DNA of 64,000 bases from Calcarisporiella thermophila CBS 279.70 (GCF_041956535.1 NW_027192202.1:781142-845141), one strand, 5' to 3'; counted from the stretch's first letter, positions 41,055-56,193 are shown. The notes: a model not told the origin generated them from the letters alone. A program made the numbers and translations.

Positions 41055-43776
41055 TCACATCTTGCTGTACTTTTCAATCTGCTCAATAAGGCCATAGCCC
41101 TCTTTCACGTAATCTATCGGAGTCGCAGACATCACGCTGTAGCGCACCTTGGTTTGGTCCTAAACCAGACAAAAAAAGTGTAAACATGTCAGCAATTGAC
41201 TTTTCTCAAATTTCCTGCTCTCCTAGAGCCTAATCTCACATTGAACATCTCTTGTTTCGCGCGGCATCGAAAAGTGTAAGTGCGGAACAGCGCTTTTTTG
41301 AAAGTCGACTTGTACGACTCCTCATTCGTCTCTCGCAGCAGTTCCATCTCGCCGGCCTTCTTCCCCAGCAACAGCTGGACACCGATATCATTGAAACATT
41401 GTACCCATGCTTGGCTGGTGTGGTCTGCTATGCTGACCGTCATGATGTATCTGTAATCGGGTTCCGGGTAGGAGCGCTGACACTTCTCGCATCGCCAACT
41501 TCCACCCTCATTAATAACCTTTTTGTTGCAGGCTTCGCTAGGACATGCCGGATAGGAGATATTTTCAGTACGGAAATAGATGATGGTGCCACGTGCATTG
41601 AAATACTCCGGCTGCACTGGATATGATTAATATGTCTAAGGAAACGAAGTATAAAATCCCGTACGTACCATCTCACCCATTCCTAGCTTCTCGTCTTTAA
41701 CCTGGATTAGAGTCTTCAGCTCTTCGCTTCGAGTTACTCCGCCACCGCCCATGCCCGCGGCAGGCGCTTGTGTAAACGAGTTAAATGTCTCATGCTTCCC
41801 TTGTGTATCGAACCTACATTGAGCGATAATTCGCCATGAATTGTGAAAATTAAATGAGGTCTCTAATTGTCTAACATTACCATCCTCGCAATCTATGACT
41901 TTCCGGGATATCGGGGTTGATTGAGAATGTGCTCGCACTGATGCATGATAACGAACGCCCTCCAAAATCACCTACACGAAGGCCCTTGAATGCAACCACG
42001 GGTTGGGACGAGCCATCGAACGTTTCGGCCTGAGGTCCCCAGAGAGTCAAGCGCACTTGATAAAGGCTTTGATCCACAAGCATGAGCTCGCGTTTCTTAA
42101 TCTATAAAATGGTTTCAATTGAGTATATTATAATCAAAACAGAAGGCTATTGCAAATATTTACGGGGCGCTGAGTCGACTTAGAGATGATTTCAGTAAGG
42201 TCAGATGTTTCCTTGACCACACCCACGATATCTTCAAGCAAAAATGAGCACATCAATTCACTTCAATAAAATAAAATTGGTGTACTTTTCTTACCAACGG
42301 TAGAGTCCTTTTCGACATCCACGAGTTTGGCGATCTGGCAAAAGCTGTATCGCACCGTTGGAACTGAGGCAGTATCTTCGCACTAATGGGTATTCATAAA
42401 TTAGAGCTCGGTTAACTGCTAAAAAGAGAAGAAAATTGAAATTTACTGGGCGAACTTCTGTGCCGTGATCGAAAACCAACTCGTAGTCATTCTGCACATT
42501 CGAGAATTGCTTCTTTGCCATTTGAACCTTCGCTCTTGAGATATAATAGACCTAATAAAACATGGTGATAAATTTACATTATGATTCACTGAACTAATTG
42601 TGGATCCAAGAACTTTACCTTATTTTCTTGCAGGATATTATATAACTGGTCCACTTGGTCATTAAATCCTGTTGCTCTGATCTCGCCACTTTCGTCAAGG
42701 AGATTTACACTAAAGAGTTTACCTTCGCCACGCTGGTTATGCCACTGCTTAATTGCAGATTTTTGTACAACCCGCGCCTTGATGGTCCACCTAGATCCAA
42801 GCAACTGATCAGAATAAAATGGTCAGAATGAAAGGCACAGAGTACTCCACTTGTTTTGATATGGGTTCAGACTACGAATTGGAAAAATGGATGCGGGTTC
42901 TTCACCGTATGAACGAGGAGGCATATTGTTGGAGCTGTTGTAGTAAGAGTAGGATAAATATTCGACATAAAAAAAAACCAGAAAAAGAAAAGCTGAACTG
43001 ACTTGATCATATTTCCATTCCAGGCCCCTCCACCATTGCCGAACGATTGATTAGATATATTTGAAAGACTTGTTGGTTGTTGATATGAATTGGACACTTG
43101 AGGCTGCGGCGCTGATATTGATGCAGATGGCTGGCCGAAGAGTGTAGAAGGTTGCGGTTGCTGTTGCTGCTGTTGCTGCTGTTGCTGCTGCGGCACGGCT
43201 TGCCCACCAGATTGGCCTCCAGTGCCTGTTTGTGTAGGCTCAATGCTCACTGGAGATCCAACTTTTTCCATCGTCCCTGTCAATACCTCGATTTCCAGCA
43301 CGATAGCAATTCTAGAAACGAACATTGATCAAACAATAGTTTACAATATTTCAATATTATGCGTACTTTCTATGCTGAACTGTATTGCAAACAAAACGTT
43401 TCAATCGTACAAGAGAGTTCTTCACCAAAGACCCGTTTGTAATATGCTCATTGAGTTGAGTTGCGAGCATACCTAAAGAATGAAAATTAAAATAAAAAAA
43501 AAATCGACAGAGATTTTCATAAATAATGATATACCTTGCATATAGAATTGGCCATCTGAGATGATCAATCTGAAATGATTAAGAGATCAGGACAAATTCA
43601 TAATAATCAAGCAGGGATAGGCGAGATTCCACTAACCTATATCTCTGAGGAATGTTTGGGTTATTACTTGGGATCTGTTTAATATTGACCACCTGAACAA
43701 CAGGATCTCGTGAGAGAGGGGAGTCATTCTGCTCATGGTAAATCGCACTAATGCTTCCAACAGTGATTTTATCCAT
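41055..43776 (-). CDS. RFA1: Replication protein A large subunit, many exons
   Basis: [45 protein letters not shown]; polyQ linker. Confidence 0.95.
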
Positions 43777-43834
43777 ATTTCGTTTCTTTACTTGAAAATC
43801 CCGAGTGATCACTTCGAAAGAAAAAAACAAAAAA

Positions 43835-43864
43835 TTCGCGAAATGTAATAACGCGTCAACGCGA
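43835..43864. promoter_or_regulatory. G1/S cell-cycle boxes (CGCGAAA, ACGCGT, ACGCGA) upstream of RFA1
   Basis: Three CGCG-core sites within 30 bp, about 60-90 nt from the ATG; RFA1 is a classic MBF/E2F target. Confidence 0.7.
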
Positions 43865-44476
43865 CTGAATTCAAACTCCGCACAATTAAATGGATTTAGC
43901 AGTTCCGTTAAAAACGGCGTCCTCAGTATTGAAAAAGTGGGGATTCGTATTTAAGAGTCATCAAACCGAAACCGAGTAGAATCGAATAGCGCATCTAAAG
44001 ATATTTTCCTGTAGCCTTGATTTCATCCAACGTTGTCACTTTTGCATCTGAGTGAATAGAAGAGAATTTTAATTACTTTTAGCCGCAAGTTAAGTCGTAC
44101 TTCTATTTGCAAGCGTGAAGATTTATTGCACTAGTATTCTGGCTCTAATTTAGATTTAGTAATATTCTAATATGCTTTGAAAACCCTCCAGACTGCATTT
44201 CTATGTCATTGTTTTTCCAAATCACCCGTATTATTTCTTCAAACTATAGGACCTGCTGCAAGAAGTTTCAAAAAGACAGAAAATACATATATTGCCCTCT
44301 AAAAATGCTTTCCTTCGATTTCGACTGCACGGTGCCAAAGAAATTTCGGTTAATTAAAACGCGTGACTTCGTGGAGACGCTTAAAAACCCAAAATTCGGT
44401 CTCGAAATAGAAAAAGTCTCAAGTTTACATTATTTTGCCGATTGTTGCGCTTTCATTCTAAAATATTCATATTAAA

Positions 44477-45405
44477 ATGGCTCCACTACAAGTCATCGGT
44501 GCAGGGTATATTCATTTCATTACATTCAACGATAAAATATTGGCGACAAAATAAGATTCTTTATATAGGCTTGGAAGGACGGGCACTTTGTCCCTAATGT
44601 CAGCTTTGGAGGAGCTTGGCTTTGGTCCGTGTTACCATAGAATGCGGGTTAAACGATCTCATTACGATGTGTTTGTTAATGCGTTCAAGGGGAAGAAGGT
44701 AGATTGGGACCAAGTTTTTGATGAATACTCTTCCACAGTCGACTGGCCTTCAGCGGCTTTTTATCAGCAACTAATGATAAAGTATCCAGAAGCAAAAATA
44801 GTGTTAACCGTTCGAGATAGCAGTGAGAAATGGTAGTTGACCCAGTTTTCTTATACTTCAGGCTACACTGGCTTGATGCTCTCTAATATCTTAGGAGCGA
44901 GAGCATGCTGAAAACCATTTCGATACTACTTCCTCGTTACGATTCCATCATAGAACAGATACTTTTCTTGCTGTCAGAAGGCTATGAGAGGTGGATTTAT
45001 ACAAGATATTTCGATAAATGCGTGTTTGATGGACGGCTTAGAGATAAAAATTATCTCATTGCTGTATATGAGCGTCACTGTGAAGAAGTGAAGCGTGTCG
45101 TTCCGACAGAAAAGCTTTTAATCTTCAATGTATAGATATCTCATAAGTATAGGAAGATAATTCGGTAACTCAACTCTTTGAGTAATTATATATAGGTCAA
45201 GGAAGGGTGGGAACCGCTCTGCAAATTTCTTGGTGTGGACATTCCTAGTAGTCCATTTCCTACAAAAAATGATTCTGGTGAATTTGAAAACATTTTCTCC
45301 AAGCCAGTAGAGCGAAGGAAACGAATTGTTAAGTGGAGTCTGCTTTCGGTATTGGTGGCAACAGTCTCGATAGCTATGTTATTGAAACGGAAAAATTTTT
45401 TTTAG
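44477..45405 (+). CDS. Sulfotransferase-like P-loop protein (Sulfotransfer_4 family), 4 exons, C-terminal TM
   Basis: LQVIGAGLGRTGTLSL..AL..LG..CYH, VDWP, YPEAKIVLTVRD, GWEPLCKFL. Confidence 0.85.
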
Positions 45406-45959
45406 CATGTATGGGGGGGTATATAAAAAGCTTCCCTGTGTTCGATATTATATTTCTTTTATCTACCTTATGGATCTGAAATATATTAATGAAAAAGGTA
45501 GCTAATATTAGGTTTCTATTGATGATTAGTTGCTCTTTAATCTGAATCTTTTTTCCAATTGAAAAAAATTCTTTTATTTTCCAATATTTAATACGTGAGT
45601 ATAATAAGAGCTCGCGACATATATTTTTCTCAAATACACAACTCTAAAGTTATATTTGTGCACTTATCGCTTCAAACTAGCACTAATAGTTGCAGCAGTT
45701 GGAATTGTACAAGTGCTCCAGCCATTGGAATACAATTGCCTTAAGTTGTCTCTAAAATCATTTAACTCTAAGGAAACTTGCAGGACTATTATGTTCTATT
45801 TATTCATATTCAATCCATATAATATTAACAGAAAAACAACAAAGATTGAATTTCAAATCTTCATAATTTTTTTTTTGTGGGGGGCAAGATTGAAAATCCC
45901 CCCTTTTCCTATACATAAGCCTTAGAGTGTAAAATAAATATCTATCTATTTCATAGTAG

Positions 45960-48900
45960 TTATGCCATCCTGCCCATAACAAGTGCCAGCAAACTCATTC
46001 TCAAGTGCAAGCCATAGCGCATCTGGCGGAAGTAGGCTGCCCTTTGATCGAAATCCACTTCTGCATCGATTTCGTTGACACGTGGCAATGGATGCATGAC
46101 TATCATCTGGGTCTTTGCCTTAGCAAGCGTATCATTATTGATGATATAGGCGTCCCTAACACGATTGTATTCTTCCTCGCTTGCAAATCTCTCCTTTTGA
46201 ACCCGGGTTACGTAGAGAACGTCGGTGGTGCCAATGACCTCATCCAGAGTGGTGTATTCATTTTGAGTTACTCCAGCCTTGCGTACCTCCTGTTGGATCT
46301 CCTCAGGCATACGCAGCGTGTCGGGACTCACGTAGTTAAGCGTAACATGATACTGGCTAAGCACGCGTACCAGGCTATGCACCGTGCGACCGTTCTTGAG
46401 GTCACCCACAAGTGTGATATTGAGCCCGTTGACAGTACCCAACTCTTCACGAATAGTATACACATCGAGGAATGCCTGGGTTGGGTGCTCACCTACACCG
46501 TCACCACCATTGATGACAGGAATGCGCGAGTATTTGGCGGCCAGCTGGGCGCTTCCAGGCTGAGGATGTCTGAGAACGATCATATCTCCGTAGCATCCCA
46601 ATGTACGCACTGTGTCAGGAAGAGATTCGCCCTTTTGCACCGATGAGCCGTCTGCAGTTACAGAGACCACTTGACCTCCAAGGCGATACATCGCTGCCTC
46701 GAAAGACGATGAAGTACGTGTGGAAGGCTCATAGAAGAGCGAACACATCACGCGTCCTTGCAGAAGATTGATACTTCCATACCTCTCAACAAGGGTACGC
46801 ATTTCGTGGGCCAGCCCGAAAAGAATGTGCAGGTCATCACGTGTAAACTGACGTACCGAAAGAATGTGCTTGCGCAGGAAGGGGGAGTTTGCGATCACGT
46901 TGCCAAGGTTCTGCACAATAGTGTGTGGTGGAGCGCGGAGGGCAGCAAGAGAAGTGACTGGGGTTGAAGTGGGAGCAAATGGTTCGTTTGCCCTTGACTG
47001 TGGCGCCATCATCATTGGAGGAAGCCCGCCGTCAAGACTGCCACGCTTCGCAGCAGAGAGAGGGGATTTGTTCTGAACGGCAGCCATAGCAGTAGGAGCT
47101 TGCGTACGCGTAGGAGATTGGGGAATGGGCGATTCCTTTGTGGGTTTCGCATGGACTCGGGCAAAGTTAGACACATTGCGTCCCTCAATGCCCTGAGAGA
47201 ACGAGGAGCCATCGAGGTAAACAGTCTTTCCACCAAACACGACTCGATGCACCGAGCCCCGGAGTGGTTTTCCTGCGAATGGTGACCAGACTTTACCCGA
47301 GAATACATGGCAACGATCAACCTCCAACTCAACGTATGTACCCTCCTGTTCCGGTAAGTTGAAAATGCGACGAGGGTTGTCGTAGAGGCGGGTGCTGATA
47401 TCGTCCAGAGTCAAAAGACCTCGCACATGAGCATCAAGCAATAAAGGCAGGACCTCTTGGATGCCAACTGAGGATGAGAGCGGCTTGCCAAGTTCCTCTG
47501 AAAGTTTCCATGGCAGCGTTCCAACCGAGAAACAGTCGATGATCTCGAGATTCTCCCAAAGGGCAATTCTGTCTGCCTCAGTGGGCAAGCATTTGCTTTC
47601 AGGGTAGTCGCGTGTCGAGAGGAATAGGGAATAAACCGAAACATCGCAGGTAACTTGCAATCCCTTGTTCTTGCTCATTGCAACAAGCCCTATGTCATCC
47701 TTGCTTGACACTTGAGTGATGTGCACAGCTCTGTTGTGCAGACTAGCAAGCAAAAGGATCGAGGCCAAATCTGTGCCCTTGGCATCCGACACAATCGGGC
47801 CCATCGCAGGCCATGCAGTGAAATGGGCGTCAAGAGTGGAGACTCTGTTGGCATTAGGGCTCAGTCGATCAAATGATACAAACAGGGAAGATGCGTCTGA
47901 AACGACCATGTTCAATCGTGAGGCATTTTCCGAGGTAGCAGCGATTCCCAAAGCAAAGTCGCAATGCGCCTTTCCACGGCAGTTTGTATGTGCAATAGCC
48001 ATGGTACGGTTGTCCTGGAGTGATTCAGTGATGCCGATAGGCATGGCATTGACAAGAGTGAAACCACCTGCAAGTGAAGCCTTGGTAACTTCTTCCACAT
48101 CCTTGGATTCGGCAACAGCCAGGTTCGGGAGGAACGCGCACACATTCACAAGGCCACCATCCAGGATCACTGTTCGGTGGCTCGTTTGATAATCAACTGA
48201 GCTAATTTCATAATCGTGGTGACGCGCCAGGGCCTCTACGAATAACTTAGCGCACTTGACATTGGTAATTAGAGGGATCGAGAAGTCTACGGCCATACGA
48301 CGTGTTCGGTATCCTTTACTCATGTAACTGGCAGGGCGGCGGTAACGGTTTTTGGATGGCAGATTGATGTATAGATCGATGAGATTGTTGGCCAAATGCT
48401 GAGTGAGAGAATACTCCGACTTCTGATCGTTGGATAATTTATCATCAAGTGCTTCCAGATATTTAACGGGGATGCCGTGTTCTTGAATGAAATCAGCAGT
48501 TCCAGCAGTGGCGAAAAGATTGTATCCCATCTCATGCAGTCTGCGAACAGATGGTAAGAATTCCAGCTTCTCTTTAAAAGATCCAATTGAGAGCAGAATG
48601 TTCTTCTTGGGCATCTGGAATCCAGTGGCAATAAGGGCCTTGATATAGGCCTCATACTTGTCCTTTCCGAAGCAGGCGACTTCACCGGTCGAAGCCATTT
48701 CTACACCCAGGACGGGATCTGCACCGCTTAATCGACTGAAGGAGAACTGAGGAACCTTGATACCAACACAATCCTTGGTCAGATTGGTGGGTGGATAGGG
48801 AGTGATAGGGAACCCAAGCATCGCGTTGGTTGCGATTTCAATCAAGTCAACCCCCGATACCTTAGATACGAATGGGAAGGAGCGAGCAGCACGTAAGTTG

Positions 48901-51900
48901 CACTCGATCACTTTAATCTCATTATTCTTGGCGATAAACTGAATATTGAATGGTCCAGTTACACTCAGCGCCTCGGCAATTTTTGCTGTTGCTTCCTCAA
49001 TGCGTCGCACCGTAATTGGGTCAAGATCTTGAGGAGGAAGCACAAGAGTTGCGTCCCCAGAGTGAACTCCCGCATTTTCAACATGCTCAGAGATGACGTG
49101 CATAATCAACTTCCCTTCGAGAGCCACAGCGTCCATTTCAATCTCTTTAGCCTCCTCGATAAACTTAGAGATAACGACCGGGTGCTCACGAGAGACAGCA
49201 GTTGCCTGTTGCAAGTAATTCGTAAGATCATCACGCGAGAATACAACGTTCATTGCTGCACCAGAGAGGACATAGGATGGGCGAACTAGGACAGGGTATC
49301 CGACCTTCTCACAAAATGAGTGCGCCTCATCGAAGCTCGTCAACTCTTTCCAATGTGGTTGGTCAACCCCGATAGTGTCACACATACGCGAAAACTTGTA
49401 TCGATTCTCCGCGGTGTCGATCATTTCAGGGGAAGTACCAAGAATCTTCACACTCTGACGATGCAAGGGGAGCGCTATGTTGTTTGGAGTTTGTCCACCC
49501 ATCGACATGATCACTCCACTTGACCGTTCGATCTCATAGATATCCATGACACGCTCGACGTTGATATTTTCAAAATAGAGTCGGTCTGCTTCGTCGTAAT
49601 CGGTACTAACGGTCTCAGGATTATAGTTAACCATTACTGTTTTGATTCCACGATCACGAAGGGTTCTAATCGCTCGTACAGCACACCAATCGAATTCAAC
49701 AGATGATCCAATACGATAAACACCTGAGCCTAGCACCATGACACCGTTATCCTTGAATTCGACATCGTGCTCAACCGCATTGTAAGTCATGTAGAGGTAG
49801 TTTGTAAAGGCGGGGAATTCAGCAGCAACTGTGTCGATCTGTTTCACGAAAGGCAACACTCCCGCTTCCTGACGCATGCGACGAACCGCAAGTTCGTTGC
49901 TTCCAATGCACTTGGCAATTTGCCTGTCAGAGAATCCCATTTGTTTGGCATTCAATAGCAGCGATGAGGGCACTGACGAGTGGGAATATTTGTTCAAGGT
50001 CTTCTCAAGTTCAACAATGTACTTGAGCTTGTTCAAGAACCACTTGTCGATCTTGGTGAGTTCCCAGACACGATCTACGGTATAGCCGGAATGGAAAGCA
50101 TTTGCAATGGCGAACAATCGCTGGTCGGAGGGGTCCACAAGCTCGTTATCGATATCACTGACATAGTCGTTCTTGTTAAAACCGAAGAAGGAGTAGTCAA
50201 CAGCCCGGATCGCTTTTTGAATAGTTTCTTCGAAGGTACGTCCGATGGCCATGACTTCTCCAACCGACTTCATAGATGAGCTAAGGCTTTTGCTCACACG
50301 CGTAAACTTTTTGAGATCCCAGCGCGGAATCTTCACGACAACGTAGTCCAAGCTTGGCTCAAAACACGCGCATGTAACCTTGGTTACATTGTTCTTGATT
50401 TCGTTCAGAGGGATACCGAGACCAAGTTTGGCCGCGACGAAAGCGAGCGGATAACCTGTGGCCTTGGATGCTAGGGCCGAACTGCGGGACAAACGGGCAT
50501 TGACCTCGATAATGCAGTACTCCTTCGAAAATGGATTAAGCGCATACTGAATGTTGCACTCACCCACCACACCAAGGTGACGGATCACATTGATGGCAGT
50601 GCGGCGCAACATCATATAATCCTCATCGGAAAGAGTTTGACTGGGGGCCACCACAATCGAATCGCCGGTGTGGATACCAAGAGGGTCGAAATTCTCCATA
50701 TTACAAACCGTGATACAGTTATCGCGGCAGTCACGGACTACTTCATACTCGATCTCCTTCCAGCCCTTCATGCTACGCTCGATAAGGACCTGAGGACTGG
50801 CGGCAAAAGCCTTGTTGCACAGCTCCACAAGCTGCGCTTCATTCTCGGCAAAACCGGAGCCAAGTCCACCAAGGGCGTAGGCGGCACGAACGATGACAGG
50901 ATAGCCGATTTTATTGCCTGCATCGATCGCCTCGCTCAACGTGCATGCAGAAGCGGACTGTGCACATTTTTCGTTGATTTCGGAAAGTTTTTGTGCAAAT
51001 ATCTCCCGATCTTCAGTCGCAATGATAGTGTCAATCGGTGTACCAAGGACTTTCACGCCAAGCGCTTCAAACTCATCTTTGAGCTTGATTCCAACGTTCA
51101 GAGCTGTTTGCCCTCCGAAGGTGACGTAAATTCCATCGGGCTTCTCGTGCTTAATAACTTTGCGCACTGAATCGGGTGTCACTGGCAAAAAGTAGACTTT
51201 ATCGGCCAGACCTTTTGAGGTTTGAATGGTAGCGATGTTGGGATTGATCAAAACGGTATAAATTCCTTCCTCCTTAAGAGCTTTGATGGCCTACAAAATA
51301 AAAGAAAAATTAAAAAAATAGATCACCACTTGTTTATGCAAACATATCTACTTGAGATCCCGAGTAGTCGAACTCGCCGGCCTGGCCAATGCTAAGACCT
51401 CCACTACCCAACACCAAAACCTTCTTCACGCTAACACGTGGCGCCTTGAGGGCATTCTCTTCCTTGGTTCCACCAGGCATTACAAGTGGTACAAGCTTGC
51501 CAGCAAGTTTACTCTCTTGGACGGCTTGGATAAAGACATCAAACAAATATTCGGTGTCCAATGGTCCCGGGGTCGATTCGGGGTGGAATTGAACAGAGAA
51601 ATAAGGAAGTTGGCGATGGATAATACCCTCGTTAGAACCGTCATTGGCATTAACAAAAAGCTCCTGGAAATCTTCGGGCAGCGAAGAAGCATCGACAGCA
51701 TAACCGTGATTTTGGGAGGTGATATGGCAGCGGCCTGAAATCATATCCGTGCATGGGATATTGTGGCCACGATTACCATATTTCATCTTCAGAGTTTTTG
51801 CTCCAGCAGCAAGCGACATTAATTGATGCCCCAAACAAATACTGCATTAGATCGAATAACGGCGGTTAGTAAAACCAACACGTGCATTTCCCAAAAAGAC

Positions 51901-53030
51901 AACAAAAGCCTCACCCAAAGATAGGTAGTTTCTCCTGCTTCATTAAAATTCTGACACGCTCAATGGTATCTGGCACCATAGTTGGATCACCCGGTCCGTT
52001 GCTGATGAACAAACCATCATAATCGGTTTCTTTTAGGAAATCATAATCCCATGGAACCACCTTGAGCTCAACCCCACGGTTGACGAAGCAGCGAATTTGA
52101 TTGTTTTTCTATCGATTAAACAAAACCAATTTGAAAGGTTAGGAGGAGGAATGAGCAAGTCGAACAGAAATTTGATCCGCTCACCATGCCAACATCCACA
52201 GCCAAAATACGCAACGTCTTCCCATTTTGATCCTTCAACGCTTTAGCAGGGTCAGGCGTGTAGAGGTGTGGCTCTTTCGTCGATACCTCAGCGACCAAGT
52301 TGCGATCATTAGGATCGACCCATTCTGTGTCCTGGTAGTCCTTCAACCAATCCTGGGATGCATCGCCATTGACAGAGGAAGCATCCAGACCAAGAACACT
52401 GGGTGTAGTCACGATACTCTTTGGGAAGAGAATCTTCCCGAGCATGACACCTTGAGTGCGAATTTTTTTCGTGAGAGCACGGGTGTCAATGCCATAGATC
52501 GCTGGGACATTATTCTCTTTTAGCCATTGGGAAAGAGATGAGGTTGCAAGATAGTGAGAATAATCCTGCGAATATTGGCCAACGATCAACCCTGCAACAT
52601 GGATCTCGCGTGACTCGAAATATTTAGGAACATCCTTGAGTAATTCATCTAATGCCTCCCGCGAGGGCACACCATAGTTTCCTACAAGAGGAAAGGTGAG
52701 CACAAGCAGCTGCCCGCGGTAGGAGGGATCCGTCAGCGACTCCGGATAGCCAACCATTCCCGTCTGAAAGACGCACTCGCCCGCCACACTTTTTGTTTCT
52801 GCACCGAAAGAGATACCCTGATACGACGAGCCATCCTTGAGAACAAGTGTCGCAATGACTGGCTCCTGTGACGCGCCGCTGGAGAGCGGCGGCGCAGTCA
52901 CTGGTGGGCACGGATAGCGTGGTGACTGAACACTATTATTGTTCTTCACGTTCCCGGCGTTCGGGAGTACAACCGCTGCCGAGGTAGGAGGGATAGGAGC
53001 GGGCTCCGCGGTCTTTACGATGTCAGACAT
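45960..53030 (-). CDS. URA2: Multifunctional pyrimidine enzyme: GATase-CPSase-(pseudo)DHOase-ATCase
   Basis: FGICLGHQ and QFHPE, CPSase repeats, FYEPSTRT and HPLPR ATCase motifs; 4 exons. Confidence 0.96.
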
Positions 53031-53559
53031 ATTATTAGGGCGTCGTTAGTGGCAGTTTGACTTTGGGAGGAGACGAAAATTTAAAGGAAATTGGATGTCA
53101 ATGAGAATATTCTAGTATTATCCTCCTCTTGGTTTCCTACAAAAAGCTCCTCGATTTGTTTACGGTTTGGGGTTTTTATATCCCTAAATCCAACCAACTC
53201 TAAAGATGATTGGACAGTGAGGACTGCTAGTTTGGTCGGAATTAGAAAACAATCAACAACACAATCGTAGATAATCATTCTACCACAATTAACCCAGGTG
53301 CATAGTAGCGAAAATAGATTTCTATAAGATAAACATCCAGCAGTATCAATCATCTGGACAAGCCAAGAGACTTTCTTCCAATGAATTTATCCTTTGATAT
53401 ACGCTCATCGTATTTAGCCATATTATTACACAAAGATTGGTGTGAGGTGACAATATTAAAAAGCTTATCGCCAAATGCTTCCCCATTCTATATTTCTCCA
53501 AGCATATCAGAGGAGGAGGGAATAAAAATAAGCCTCTATTTGATATCTAAAGCGCAGCT

Positions 53560-55902
53560 CTATTCTAGTATTTGAATCCCGTAATCTCTCAATTGCTGCT
53601 TGGAAGGCTGCGAAGGGCTTCCAACCACGAGATCGGCACCAGAAGCAACCTTCGGGAAAGCGATTACATCTCTTATAGACTGTGTTCCGCATAGAATAGA
53701 CATCACGCGGTCAAAACCAAGTGCTATTCCGCCATGAGGGGGGCAGCCAGAGCGAAGTGCATCGAGGAGATGACGAAAGCGTGCTTGGTCCTCTTTAAAT
53801 ATCTATGTGAAAATAAGAGCAGAGCAAGGATGGTTGATGGACTGAGCCACAGCAGAGACTCATTAAGGTATTTACCTTGAGCACGTTCTCAAACACAAAT
53901 TCCTGTAGCTCGGCTGAGTGAATGCGGACTGATCCACCAGCAATCTCTACGCCATTAAGTACCAAATCGTAATGTTGACTTCGGCACTGGGCGGGATTGG
54001 TTGCGAGTAGCCCAATATCTTCGGGTAGAGGGGCGGTAAAAGGATGATGCGTCGAAATAAATCCGTCTCCCGACTCATTCGGAGTAAAAAGTGGGAAATC
54101 AATCACCCAAAGGAAACGATTGCCATTTAATTCGAGAAGGCCTTTACGATGCAAGATCTCAGCAGCCTGGAGACGCGCTCTACCCATGGAAGTGAACCCT
54201 CCCTAGGATTAGAACATTGTCAAAAGAGCCACATACAATACACTTAGACCTCCAAGACTTAGATAGACCTACCGATAAAAATGCCTTCCGTTGACCAACC
54301 ACAACGATATCTCCGACCTCTACACCTAGTGCCTGTGTCAAATCATCTACGACGGCACGATCTAAACTCCGTAAAATTGAAGATTTCGAGCACCAACCCA
54401 AGAGGTCGCTCCCATTGACTTTTATCGCGCTGATCTTTGCTTCTTCTGCTCCAGCTTGCCCTGACTGTAATTGTCGAATTTCTGAACCGGTGAGCGAGGC
54501 TCCACCCTTGATCACAAACGCCTCTGCTACTCCATTGAACGTAGCGGTCCTTGGAAGAAATTGGGTTATATCATGAATTTCCATCCCAAATCGTAAATCG
54601 GGTTTATCCGAGCCGTATCGCCTCATTGCCTCGTCATAACTCATTCTTACAAATGGCGTCTCTAGCCTCGTGCCAGATACTTCCTGCCATACTTTCGTGA
54701 CAAGTTTCTCCACGACAGTTTGGATCTCCTCTGCGGTGCTGAAAGCAAGCTCCATATCCACTTGCGTAAATTCGGGCTGCCTATCTGCGCGTAAATCCTC
54801 ATCACGAAAACAACGGGCTATTTGAAAATAGCGATCCACCCCGGCAGCCATGAGCATCTGTTTATATTGCTGAGGGCTTTGGTTAAGGGCGTAGAACTGG
54901 CCGACCGATCGTGTCGGGACAAGAAATTCACGTGCACCTTCAGGAGTAGTTTTAAAAAGAATTGGAGTTTCCACTTCAACAAAACCTAACACCAGAGACA
55001 TAAAAATCCTATATTCAAATATCCTTGGCATTGTTTTGATTGCATCCTACCCTCACTCATTAAAAAGTCCCGGATGACCCATGAAGCATGAGAGCGCTTC
55101 CGTAAGTTTTTCTGCAAAACATCTCTACGTATATCAACAACTCTGTGTCTAAGTCGCACCTCTTCTGATGGCTATTGAAGAGTGTTAAATATACTCTAGA
55201 AATCATTTTTCTATTGCTATATGTACCAGCTTAGTGTCCGTTGGGAGAAATGGTAATGCATCCGCAGGGTTCAGACATCGTAGTGATTGTAGTTCAATTT
55301 CTATCTCTCCTGTGGGTATATCCTGCTCGAACGATACATCCATTTACTCAAGGAGACTCCTCTTAATAATAATATTTTAGGCATACTCACCGTTCGAACA
55401 GCTTCAATTGCACGTCGTTTCACAATCCCTTCAGCGCATACCACACTCTCTGGGGACACCATGAGTAACTCGTCTTTTAAAGAGTTCTCTGTACGACATA
55501 CAAGTTGAGTTGTTCCGAAAGAATCGCGCAAGGGAAGGAATATGAGATTCTGTGATAATTTTCTGACCTCGACAGGTTTACTACATTGAATTGAATTTTA
55601 CTGTAATAATAAAGTAACCTACCTGGGTTTTTGTGACCACCCACACAACACTACATGGTCACCTACATTGGTTGCTCTTAATTCACCACAATTATGTGTG
55701 CGTTTTGGGTATGTCAAATTCAATTCTAAAATTGTTGGGAATTGTCAGGCATAATAGAGTGGAAAAAATAGATCGAATAGATACTTTTTAACAAATTTGA
55801 TTCACTAGAATACTGGCGTTGGCATGAGTAAACAATGTCTAACAGGGACCGCGAGAAATCTCGTAAAACCCCAGGTCTACGTGAAGCAATTCTCGGTAAC
55901 AT
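53560..55902 (-). CDS. MSD1: Mitochondrial aspartyl-tRNA synthetase, multi-exon
   Basis: RTHNCGEL, TPEGAREF, QSPQQYKQ, FRDEDLRADRQPEF, PPHGGIALGFDR. Confidence 0.93.
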
Positions 55903-56193
55903 GTTTAAGTTTTAATGGTAACAAAGTACCCTACCATCTATCAAATTGATTAATGTGGCTTATTTATATTTTTTATTTTCTGTAGGCCAATGCGGAATTC
56001 ATTTTCATACCTCACAGTTACACTTTTACCGTTAGTGTTTTCTTTAACCACACAACATCGTTTAAAACAAATGTAATCCCAGCAATTCTTATTTCTCAGC
56101 TATTTCAATTTTAGCCCATTTCCTCACTGTTGTGTCTGTTTTCCCTTGTTTTCACTTCTCATTTAAATCCTAAGTTGTTAGAATTTCTAAACC

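Noticed and set aside
53031-53360. Attenuator uORF upstream of URA2
   Set aside because: No arginine-attenuator-like peptide seen; that system belongs to CPA1/arg-2
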